Shown: piece by piece, positions 25,391-33,696 of the stretch
How the letters are laid out: every line of letters starts with the position of its first letter
Numbering within the stretch: position 1 is the first letter of the stretch
Source of the DNA: Candidatus Woesearchaeota archaeon
Lineage (GTDB): Archaea; Nanobdellota; Nanobdellia; Pacearchaeales; GW2011-AR1
Direction of reading: 5' to 3'
Length of the DNA: 34,236 nucleotides
Assembly: GCA_964460535.1 (NCBI GenBank)
Contig: CAYWQI010000002.1
Coordinates: 7,254-41,489, forward strand
Position numbers and translations under genes: made by a program
Notes under the pieces: generated by a model
The model's database searches: none
Seen by the model: only the letters and a program-made list of their open reading frames with translations
Told to the model about the DNA's origin: nothing

Positions 25391-26836
25391 AAGGAGGTAA
25401 TCCATCTGCAGGTTCCCCTACAGATACCTTGTGACGACTTAACCTACCTTGTCTACCCATGGCTCTCCTTCGAAAAGTTTCACCATAAATAAACTCGGTT
25501 GGTTTGACGGGCAGTGTGTGCAAGAGACCGTGACATATTCACCGTTTGTTGATAACGAACGATTACTACCGATTCCAACGTCATGAGGCTGAGTTGCAAA
25601 CCTCAATCTGAACTAAGACAGACTTTAAGGGATTAGCTTCTCCTTTCAGAGTTGCATCTCGTTGTATCTGCCATTGACGCGCGCGTGTTGCCTAGGGGAT
25701 TCGGGCTGTACTCACCTAACGTAGCCCACACTTTCATCCCAGTTACCCGGGCAATCTGTATATAGTACACATAGTAAATATACATGTGGGTCTTGCCTGT
25801 TACCTGATTTAACAGGTCATCTCACGACACAGGCTGACGTCGGCCATGCTGCTCCTCTCAGCGTGTCAGGTAAGCCCTTTAGACTGACCTTCATTCTGCT
25901 GTCGCTCCTGGTGAGGTTCACGGTGTAGAATCTAATTGAACCGCACGCGTCACCGGTTGTAGTGTCTCCCCGCCAATTCCTTTAAGTTTCAGCCTTGCGA
26001 CTATACTTCCCAGGTAGTACACTCTTCGCCTTCGCTACAGCACTAATACCTCTCGAAGAGGTACTAATGTTTAGTGTACAGTGTTTACTGCTAGGACTAC
26101 AGGGGTATCTAATCCCTTTTGCGCCCCTAGCCTTCATCCCTTACTGTCAGAACTGTTCTCGTAAGGTGCCTTCGCTATTGTTAGTCCGTTTGGGATTAAC
26201 ACATTTTACCGCTACTCCAAACGTACTCCTTACGTCTCCCAGTCTCTAGCTAAATAGTATTTCCTGCACGCCCTATCTTTAAGAGATAAGATTTCACAGG
26301 AAACTTAGATAGCAAGCTACGGATGTTTTAGACCCAATAAAAATGGCTGCGACTTGGACCGCGAGTATTACCGCGGCGGCTGGCACTCGTCTTACCCAGT
26401 CCTTATTCGCCAAACTTTTTACATTTGGCAAAAGTTTTCCAATTGGAAAACACTCTGACTCACTCTATCACACTTTAGTGCATTGTAAAAGATGCCTAGC
26501 TGCTGCACCCCGTAGGGCTGGGAATAGTGTCTCAGATTCCCTCTCAGGGCTTCTCCGCTAAGAGCCCTTACAGATCTATGGCTTGGTGGGCTATTACCCC
26601 GCCAACAACCTAATCCGCCGCAGCCCCATCCTTAAGCTCGAATTTGAGAGATAAGTCTTTCCAGGGCATATCTCTTATCAGGTATTAGCCTCAGTTTCCC
26701 GAGGTTATCCCTGACTTAAGGGTAGGTTAGCTACGTGTTACTGAGCAGTTCGCTTTCCTCTGATAAATCAAAGAAAAAACTTGCATGCCTAAGCGCAAGT
26801 CAGAGAGCCGCAGCCGCCAGCAGGATCAACTGGATT
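25391..26836 (-). rRNA. rrs: 16S rRNA
   Basis: The reverse complement begins ATCCAGTTGATCCTGCTGGCGG and ends GGTATCTGTAGGGGAACCTGCAGATGGATTACCTCCTT. It contains GTGCCAGCCGCCGCGGTAATAC (archaeal form) and the 1492 region AAGTCGTCACAAGGTA. Confidence 0.95.
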
Positions 26837-26960
26837 TAAACAATTTCATCTAACTAATTTTATTTTGTTATCTATTGCGCAATTTGAATTATAAGATAAA
26901 CAAATTACTTCACACAGAATTCCTTAACGACTGAATTGGCTCTAGTTAATTATAAAAGAA

Positions 26961-26986
26961 CTACAACTAACATGATTGCTTTTGCA
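26961..26986 (-). other. 16S pre-rRNA processing stem, 5' flank
   Basis: Complementary to 25331-25355. Confidence 0.75.
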
Positions 26987-27406
26987 TACCTCATACCTTA
27001 ACATTTGTTGTATCATTAATTTTACTAATAATATGTAAAGTTTTCATTAAGGCACTCATCTTAGTTATAAAACTAGCTCAAAAATAGTTTATAAATGTTT
27101 TGGTGAGATTTATGTCGAGAAATTAAGAGTTTACCGAGGAATAAATTAGAAGAGAATTATAATAATTCATTTAAACTCTAATAAGATTAAATTAATAGGT
27201 ATAAAATAAAAATTTAGATAAGATGAAAAAGATTTTAATTCTGCAATTTGAGATATTTCTGGGTTTGTATATATAAATTATGTAAGAAGTTTTGAATTAA
27301 AATTAAGTCTTTTTCTAGCAATTTTTGAAAGTAAAAAAGAATTGGATTTCTACATTGATGAAGGTGAACTCACAAAAGGATTTAGAAGATAATTTTATTC
27401 TTTAAT

Positions 27407-27673
27407 TTAAAAATAGATATCATCATGATGTTTGAAATTTTCAAATGAGATTAATTTTTTATTCTTATTAAATTTAAAAACCAAAACAAAACTTCCAATA
27501 TGGACCTTTTTCAAATGTTGTAATGGCGCTCTTAAATTTTTATAATGTTCAACATTATATGCATTAACAACTTCTTCAATTTTTTTCAAAACCTGTTCAT
27601 AAATTTTTTTATCTCTTTTAGATAATTTGTTGAGAATTTTTTGTAAAAGGGGTTTAATCTCATAATTATACAT
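27407..27673 (-). CDS. relE: RelE/ParE-family toxin
   Basis: 88 aa with the pattern LNKLSKRDKKIYEQVLKKIEEV...HYKNL...L...KVHIGSFVLVFKF....KLISFENFKHHDDIY, typical of archaeal RelE. The antitoxin-like gene ends 1 nt upstream. Confidence 0.6.
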   Translation of the reverse strand: MYNYEIKPLLQKILNKLSKRDKKIYEQVLKKIEEVVNAYNVEHYKNLRAPLQHLKKVHIGSFVLVFKFNKNKKLISFENFKHHDDIYF

Positions 27674-27674
27674 T

Positions 27675-27914
27675 CTAACCCTCTATGATTTTTCTTAATT
27701 CATCTATATTTTTAAATGGAATTCCTTTTTGTTTTTTAACTTTTTTCATTTCAGTAATAAATTCAGGACGAAGTTCAGGTTCTAAAAAACTATCTTCATA
27801 AATTTGAGTTACCATTGCAATTGCTTGAGATTTATTTTTTAATCCAAATTTAGCTTTAATAATATTCAAAACTCTATCTTGCCTTTCATCTAAATTTATT
27901 AAATGTTGTACCAT
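27675..27914 (-). CDS. Putative antitoxin (small DNA-binding protein)
   Basis: 79-aa ORF immediately upstream of and co-oriented with the RelE-like gene. The N-terminal INLDERQDRVLNIIKAKFGL is compatible with a ribbon-helix-helix-type fold. Confidence 0.5.
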   Translation of the reverse strand: MVQHLINLDERQDRVLNIIKAKFGLKNKSQAIAMVTQIYEDSFLEPELRPEFITEMKKVKKQKGIPFKNIDELRKIIEG

Positions 27915-27939
27915 TTTTGTATTTATAATTATTTATTAT

Positions 27940-27969
27940 GTTTTATTACTTTTTATTACGTTTTATTAT
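27940..27969 (-). promoter_or_regulatory. Three tandem 10-bp repeats between a TATA box and the antitoxin start (candidate operator)
   Basis: GTTTTATTAC TTTTTATTAC GTTTTATTAT on the + strand. TTTATAAAC lies at 27981-27989, upstream in the minus-strand direction. Confidence 0.35.
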
Positions 27970-28170
27970 ATATTGTTATGTTTATAAACTTTGCGATTAA
28001 TTTTATGATTGAGAAATAGTATATTCTAAAGAAATAATTTACATAATTTAATCATAATAATATTTATAACTTAGATATTAACAGTTTTTTAATGGGAACT
28101 TGTAATACTGAATTAATTTCTGCAGCAGTTTTATTTAATAATTCTGGAAAAACTCTTGAAGAATATTATT

Positions 28171-28719
28171 CTATTTCTTAGAACTTTTTTCATACCTTTT
28201 ATTAACAACAATAGCAAACCAAATTAAAAGTCCTGCAATTATTACACCAGTTAAGAATTTCCAAACATCCTCAGTTCCATTCCAACCTCGAATAAATCCA
28301 TAAACAAATAAAGCAATTCCAGAAAATGCAATTCCACTTGAGAGATTTGGTATTGACATAATAAATAAACTTGCTATTATAAAAATAATTGCTATTATAT
28401 TAATAATAAAAAACAATCCTTTACTATGTTTATTGTTTGCTTGGTTTAGTTTTTCAGAACAAAATTTTTGATATTCTCTATTACTACAACGAGAAGAAAC
28501 TTTTGGAATATCAGAACTTTCATTAAAATTCTCATTCCAAGTTCCATTTATTGCTTCACATTCTTGTTTAGTATTTGCTTGTTGAAAATCTTGAAAATCA
28601 TATTTACAATAATCTTCTCTTTCTGGACTTGGATAAAAAGTTTCAACACCGAGGACAACAACAAGTGTAAGGATTATTGCTATTCCTATTCCTAAAGCTA
28701 TGTTCATTGATTTAACCAT
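28171..28719 (-). CDS. Hypothetical membrane protein with Cys-containing extracytoplasmic loop
   Basis: 182 aa: an N-terminal helix, a polar loop of about 80 aa with 4 Cys, then three hydrophobic helices. Confidence 0.45.
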   Translation of the reverse strand: MVKSMNIALGIGIAIILTLVVVLGVETFYPSPEREDYCKYDFQDFQQANTKQECEAINGTWNENFNESSDIPKVSSRCSNREYQKFCSEKLNQANNKHSKGLFFIINIIAIIFIIASLFIMSIPNLSSGIAFSGIALFVYGFIRGWNGTEDVWKFLTGVIIAGLLIWFAIVVNKRYEKSSKK

Positions 28720-28782
28720 CTTGATAAATTAAAGTGGAGGAAGTATTTAAATATTTAGGGTTTTTGTAAAAAATAAATATTC

Positions 28783-29532
28783 TCAATATTTTCTAGCCTC
28801 TAATATAGTCAAACTAGGACTATCTAACCAATCTTGCCAAAACTCTTTGCCGAGTTCTTTTATTCCTCTTTCACTAACACTCATTGGAATCCATTGAATA
28901 TCTTTGAATCCAACATCTCTCATTATTTTTTCATAGGTTTGCTGTTCCCAGTGTGTGCTTGTAAAAGATATTGTTGGTTTTTCTTCAGGAGTACAAATTG
29001 TAATCTTAACTAAATCCCCTTCTTTTAGAGGATCTTTTATTGGAACAACAGTAGAACCATATTTTGGGAATAAATTTCTAGGACAATTAGGATTCATGTT
29101 TATAGCAACAACTCTTCCACCATCTTTTAAATTTTTATAAGCATCCTCAAACATTTTATAAAGTTCATCTTTTGTTTTTGCATAATGAAACAAAAAGCCC
29201 CCAACAACTATATCAAATTTTCCAATTTTTTCAAGTTCTCCCACCTTTCCTTGTTGATATTCAATACCTAATTTTTCTTCATCTTCTCTGGCTCTTGCCA
29301 TCTCTACCATCTTTTGCTCAGCATCCACACCAACAACACTTTTTGCACCTCTTTTTTTAATCTCTCTAGATAGTCTTCCATCTCCACAAGCTAAATCTAA
29401 AACATCTAATCCAGAAAGATCTCCTATTTGTTTGTATAACGAAGGATCTGTTATTCCCCATCTAAGTTTTCTATTATCTTGACTTTCTGCATATTCTTTT
29501 GCAATCTCAGCATATTGTGTTCTTGTTGTCAT
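28783..29532 (-). CDS. Class I SAM-dependent methyltransferase
   Basis: Motif I VLDLACGDGRLS, with an acidic residue after beta-2 (VGVDAEQKM) and post-I/II spacing typical of the Methyltransf_11/25 type. Confidence 0.75.
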   Translation of the reverse strand: MTTRTQYAEIAKEYAESQDNRKLRWGITDPSLYKQIGDLSGLDVLDLACGDGRLSREIKKRGAKSVVGVDAEQKMVEMARAREDEEKLGIEYQQGKVGELEKIGKFDIVVGGFLFHYAKTKDELYKMFEDAYKNLKDGGRVVAINMNPNCPRNLFPKYGSTVVPIKDPLKEGDLVKITICTPEEKPTISFTSTHWEQQTYEKIMRDVGFKDIQWIPMSVSERGIKELGKEFWQDWLDSPSLTILEARKY

Positions 29533-29810
29533 TTTTTATTACTTATTATTCTTATTTTAAATAACTTTCCTATTTATATAAATTTAAAAGTAACTATAAA
29601 ATATCAAAGAAACTCCAAAATCTACTTTGTGAGATTTTTCTATAAAACAAAATTGATAATGTAAAAGATTCTCTACAACTTGTGCGATTATATTACAATA
29701 TTCTTTATCTATACTACTAAATTCCAGAACTCTAAATGAAATTTTTTCCATTAATTTCTCCAAAGGCGACTGCCTTAAACATAGCTCCTTGTTGCAAAAT
29801 TGGGCGAAGC

Positions 29811-30047
29811 GTATCTGGTAACACCTGGAGTTTTGTTCAATAATTTCCTGTTTCACAGATGTAATAAATAATAAGAAATTTTAATTAATATCTTCTGAAG
29901 TTCTTTTGGATAATTGTGCCTTTAAATCCATTATTATTAAAAAATATTTTTATAACTTGCTATATTTAAGCCCTAAAAGTTTTTACTATTAATCTCGCGT
30001 CAGCGACTGTATTTGGTTTTATTTTTATAGTTAGTGTTACCAGGTAC
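29811..30047 (-). mobile_element. MITE-like element, copy H (best-preserved reference copy)
   Basis: Terminal inverted repeats GTATCTGGTAACAC and GTGTTACCAGGTAC match 13/14 as inverted repeats. The 8-bp direct repeat GGCGAAGC is perfect on both flanks (29803-29810 and 30048-30055). Confidence 0.85.
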
Positions 30048-30090
30048 GGCGAAGCGAATATTATTTAAACTTCTTTTTATTTGTATAATT

Positions 30091-30480
30091 ATGTCTTCAC
30101 AAAAAAATTCTAAAAAGATATTTGTAATTCAGAAACACAATGCAAGTCATCTTCATTATGACTTTCGTCTTGAGAAAAACAAAAAACTAAAATCCTGGGC
30201 AATTCCAAAAACTCCTCCAAAACAAAAAAATCTCAAGAGACTTGCTGTTCAAGTTCCAGACCATGATTTGGATTATGCTAATTTTGAAGGAGAGATTAAA
30301 CAAGGTTATGGTAAGGGAAGTGTAAAAATTTGGGATTCTGGTTTTTATGAAGAAGAATCGTGGAAAAACAATAAGATTGTTTTTAATCTTAATGGAAAAA
30401 AACTCAAAGGAAAATATGTTTTGCTTAATGCAAAACTTTCAGGTAAAAAAGAAAATTGGTTGTTTTTTAAAACTGAATAA
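30091..30480 (+). CDS. Stand-alone LigD-type 3'-phosphoesterase (PE) domain protein
   Basis: FVIQKHNASHLHYDFRLE...SWAIPKTPP...RLAVQVPDHDLDYANFEGEI..GYGKGSVKIWDSG matches the LigD PE signature. The ATG at 30091 is preferred; the track start at 30034 lies inside the MITE terminus. Confidence 0.8.
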   Translation: MSSQKNSKKIFVIQKHNASHLHYDFRLEKNKKLKSWAIPKTPPKQKNLKRLAVQVPDHDLDYANFEGEIKQGYGKGSVKIWDSGFYEEESWKNNKIVFNLNGKKLKGKYVLLNAKLSGKKENWLFFKTE

Positions 30481-30691
30481 ATATTAAAGATAAAGAATTA
30501 TTGTCTTTGGTTTTGATAATATTAAAAAGTTCTCAGAGATGTGCAAGGAATCTACAAAATAAATTAAGAGAATAATTATTGTAACACTAATTAAATCTGC
30601 ACTAAAAATTCTGACAGTCGAATGTGAAGTTTTATTTAAACTTGTATGGAAATATCTTTGGAATTTTTAGGGTGGATGATTTTAATAAAAT

Positions 30692-31074
30692 TTAATGATT
30701 TTTTCTCCAATCTCTTCCACTTTTATCTATCCATCCAACTTTAACTACTTTAAATTCATCTAGATTCAAAAAGTCCACACCAAAATCATCCATAACTGGA
30801 TGTTCATATATTTTATGTCTTATTTTATCTCCATTAATTACAAGAACAATTGGAACTGAATCAAAAGGTCCAATCTTATAGCTCTATCTCTAGCATAATT
30901 AGAAGATGTTTCAAAATTTAAACCAATCGAAGAGTATGATTCGCATCCATACCCTTCTCCAACTGGTTGTTGATATCTTCAATATTTAGCAATTTGTTTT
31001 TCAAGCCAATGCTTATGAGTTCCATGATAATATTCTTTTGCATTAGTTTCTGATTCTGTTAATCCTATCTTCAC
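30692..31074 (-). pseudogene. Decayed gene of unknown function (in-frame TGA plus one frameshift)
   Basis: The minus strand reads VKIGLTESETNAKEYYHGTHKHWLEKQIAKY-TGA-RYQQPVGEGYGCESYSSIGLNFETSSNYARDRAIRL. After a frame change it reads PFDSVPIVLVINGDKIRHKIYEHPVMDDFGVDFLNLDEFKVVKVGWIDKSGRDWRKNH-stop. Confidence 0.4.
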
Positions 31075-31112
31075 TCCTCATCTCTTTTCACCCAAACAGA
31101 ATTATAAAATCT

Positions 31113-32078
31113 CTAAACACCAAACTTGTTTTCTTCTGGATTCATATTTATTGTTTTTCCAGGTTTGGCAATTCCAGTTCCTTCTGATTCTTCACCTGTC
31201 CACCATTCTAAATCAGGAACATCATCAGTTGAAAGGCCTTTTGCTTTCATATAACCACGAGTTAAAAGATAAAACATAACTCCAAGACTTTTTTCACTTT
31301 TATTATTTCCAATTATAATTTGGTCTGCACCTTTTGAAAGATTATTAGTATCACATATCATTAAAACATTTTTATTAACTTTTAATGTATCAGCAAGAGC
31401 ATTTCTATCAAGCCAAGCATCTGAAATAATTGTTAATTCATTTTCAAAAAAATTCTTTAAATGAGTATTTGTTAAAATTCCTGCAGGATATTTTTTTGTG
31501 AAAACTCTTATACCTGTTAATTGTTCCATTTTTTCAGCAGCTCTCCATCCAGCTTCTCTTTTGCAAACTAGAATTATGTCTTCTGGATTAAAATTAGAAA
31601 GATATTCAATACTTTCTTTTAATTTTTCATCAATTAAGTCTGTATTAAAAATAGCTAATCCATCAGCTCTTCTTCTATAAACATATTTTTTCATATCTGG
31701 AGTAACTGCACGTGTTCCAATATAAATTCCTGATTTTACATAATCTTCAAGAGGAATTAACATATCTGTTCTTTTCTTTATTTTAACTTCTTTTTTTAAA
31801 TCTTCAGATGAAATCGCTTCAGTAGAAACTTTTTCTTTTAATTTAGCTGCTTTTTCTAAAAGCTCTTTTTTTCTTTCTTCAAGAGATTTTTCTTTTTTTT
31901 CTTCTTGTAATTTTTTTTCAGGAACTTCTTTTTCAGTTTCAAGAGATTCTTTTTCAGCTTTTTCTAAAGTATCTTTTGCTTCTTCAGACATTGATGATTC
32001 AACTTTTTCCTTAGTCTCAGCTACCATTTCTTCTACTGCTTTTTTTCCAGTTACTTTTTTGTTTTTTGTTTCAGTCAT
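31113..32078 (-). CDS. rps2: Ribosomal protein uS2 with an N-terminal Glu/Lys-rich extension of about 100 aa
   Basis: Core LIPLEDYVKSGIYIGTRAVTPDMKKYVYRRRADGLAIFN...PAGILTN...ICDTNN...IIGNNKSEKSLGVMFYLLTRGY matches archaeal/eukaryotic uS2. Residues 1 to about 100 are E/K-rich low complexity. Confidence 0.85.
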   Translation of the reverse strand: MTETKNKKVTGKKAVEEMVAETKEKVESSMSEEAKDTLEKAEKESLETEKEVPEKKLQEEKKEKSLEERKKELLEKAAKLKEKVSTEAISSEDLKKEVKIKKRTDMLIPLEDYVKSGIYIGTRAVTPDMKKYVYRRRADGLAIFNTDLIDEKLKESIEYLSNFNPEDIILVCKREAGWRAAEKMEQLTGIRVFTKKYPAGILTNTHLKNFFENELTIISDAWLDRNALADTLKVNKNVLMICDTNNLSKGADQIIIGNNKSEKSLGVMFYLLTRGYMKAKGLSTDDVPDLEWWTGEESEGTGIAKPGKTINMNPEENKFGV

Positions 32079-32333
32079 AGGAATTCATATAAAATTGGGT
32101 TTTTAAATTATTTGGTTGGGTTTTTTATAAGATGTTTCTTTTTTTCAAGTGATAAAAATATATTTTTTGTAATCTTAAAATAAAAACAAAAACTACTTGA
32201 ATAAACTTTCTGAAAAACCAAGATTTTAGACTTTTAGCCCCTTATAAATAAGACTTCGTTAAAAGTTTGTTATATTCAATATTACTCAGAGCCTAACCGA
32301 AAGCTTTTTTAGTTGTCCCAAAATAATATTCGT

Positions 32334-32597
32334 ATGGCAAAATATCATAATAATTTTTATTTTTACTTTTTAGAAGGTTGGGAGCAACTTAGAGAAACCC
32401 CTCATTATCGAAAGTTTGCTTCAGAACATCCAGATCTTGCCACTAAATTGTGCGAAGAGGTTCCACAGAGATTACAGACTCCTGCAGGTCGAGCAATGGA
32501 TACTGTTGATGCTATTGAACCTCTCTGTGAAGATTTGGATGAAGCATTTAATCTAATGCGCAAATATGGTGTTTCTCAAAAAGAATTAGAAATGTAG
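32334..32597 (+). CDS. Hypothetical protein
   Basis: ORF with ATG at 32334; the track uses TTG at 32313. It is visibly richer in G+C than neighbouring genes and has no recognisable motif. Confidence 0.35.
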   Translation: MAKYHNNFYFYFLEGWEQLRETPHYRKFASEHPDLATKLCEEVPQRLQTPAGRAMDTVDAIEPLCEDLDEAFNLMRKYGVSQKELEM

Positions 32598-32728
32598 TTG
32601 GGCTCCTGCGTCATACTTTCCTTTCGGTAGTAGGGAGACATAACAGAGGTTTTTTCATTAATATTAATTTTTATTTATCTTAATCATACTTGAATTCAAA
32701 ACTAATGAAAAGAAGAATATCCTAAAGG

Positions 32729-33454
32729 TTACTCCTTTTTTAAAATAAGACAATTTCTAAAAAGATTAGTCTCTATTTGAAGATTAAATTCATAAAGTTC
32801 TTGATCCATAGCTTCAGTATCATCAGAGCTGAAAAAATCAGCTCCAGTGATTATTCTTGAATTTTTATGCATACGTTTGGAAACAACTGGCAACCCATAA
32901 TCCATCTGCTTTTTTGGTTGATATAATAGAAATAGTGTTGGAGCAAGAGGGTTTACACCACAAGGAATACTTTCCCAAAAAGCATCTTGTAAATAATCTC
33001 CTCTAATCAATCTTCTATTATCTATTCCAAGTTCATTAAAAGTTTCTTTTCCTATTGTTAGAACTTCAAGATTTCTTTCTATACCTATGGCTCTATATCC
33101 TAACATTGAAGCAAGTGCAACAGGCCACCCAGCACCACAACCAAGATCAATAAATGAATCAATATTGGGGTATCTTGTATAAAGATATGGAAAACAGTCC
33201 CTAAATAACTCCAAAATATTTTGATGGTCAGAGTTAGCAATTTCAATATCATGATTTGCTTTAAAGAATTTTAAAAACACCTCTCTAAAATAACCTGTCG
33301 CATATTTCTGTGGGTCTTGATCAATTTCTTCTTTGTCATCTTTTGAAAGAACCAATCCCTTTTCATAGAATAATCTCTTCCAATCTTCTTGATGTCTTTT
33401 TATAGCTTCTGAAGTGAATTCCCCGCCCCTAAATGAATCGAAATAATGTTCCAT
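32729..33454 (-). CDS. Class I SAM-dependent methyltransferase
   Basis: Motif I FIDLGCGAGWPVALAS followed by AIGIERN (acidic residue at the end of beta-2). Confidence 0.65.
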   Translation of the reverse strand: MEHYFDSFRGGEFTSEAIKRHQEDWKRLFYEKGLVLSKDDKEEIDQDPQKYATGYFREVFLKFFKANHDIEIANSDHQNILELFRDCFPYLYTRYPNIDSFIDLGCGAGWPVALASMLGYRAIGIERNLEVLTIGKETFNELGIDNRRLIRGDYLQDAFWESIPCGVNPLAPTLFLLYQPKKQMDYGLPVVSKRMHKNSRIITGADFFSSDDTEAMDQELYEFNLQIETNLFRNCLILKKE

Positions 33455-33696
33455 CTTTAATGATTCTCAGAATTGAGTTTCTGAGGTACTAACACCCCTT
33501 ATTGATTAAAGATTAATCTATTTTAAAAAACTATCGGAAAGCGTGCGTCCAATGTCATTAAGTTAGTAAGAACCATAATGAAAAATTAACTACAAATTTA
33601 TCTAAATAAAAATATTCTTATCTGTTTTCTGCATTAAATTTTTTAAACATCAATAAAAAATCTTATTTCAAAAATTATTTAATAAAACTATTTTTT

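Noticed and set aside
21333-26561. ORFs from the track inside the rRNA genes: 21333-21560, 21709-21900, 22057-22254, 23586-23843, 23644-23850, 24639-24917, 25995-26249 and 26343-26561.
   Set aside because: They lie within, or antisense to, clearly recognisable 23S and 16S rRNA sequence and have no protein-like features. They are chance ORFs in G+C-richer rDNA.
29479-29856. ORFs 29479-29664 (+) and 29584-29856 (-) between the methyltransferase and the LigD-PE gene.
   Set aside because: The N-terminus of the 90-aa minus-strand ORF is encoded by the MITE terminus (29811 onward), and neither ORF has any motif. They are most likely non-coding spacer plus repeat sequence.
30979-30981. In-frame TGA as evidence for stop-codon recoding.
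   Set aside because: rtcB terminates with TGA directly after its conserved C-terminus, and the same decayed gene also has a frameshift. A pseudogene is the simpler explanation.
203-31680. Antisense shadow ORFs: 203-421, 418-693, 796-999, 3884-4072, 9841-10164, 13165-13359, 15395-15925, 16320-16538, 17945-18313, 19191-19445, 19820-20020, 19984-20172, 20907-21230, 28468-28695, 28955-29140, 29172-29360 and 31498-31680.
   Set aside because: Each lies opposite a longer ORF with strong family motifs. They have low-complexity F/L/I/K-rich composition, as expected from the reverse strand of AT-rich genes.
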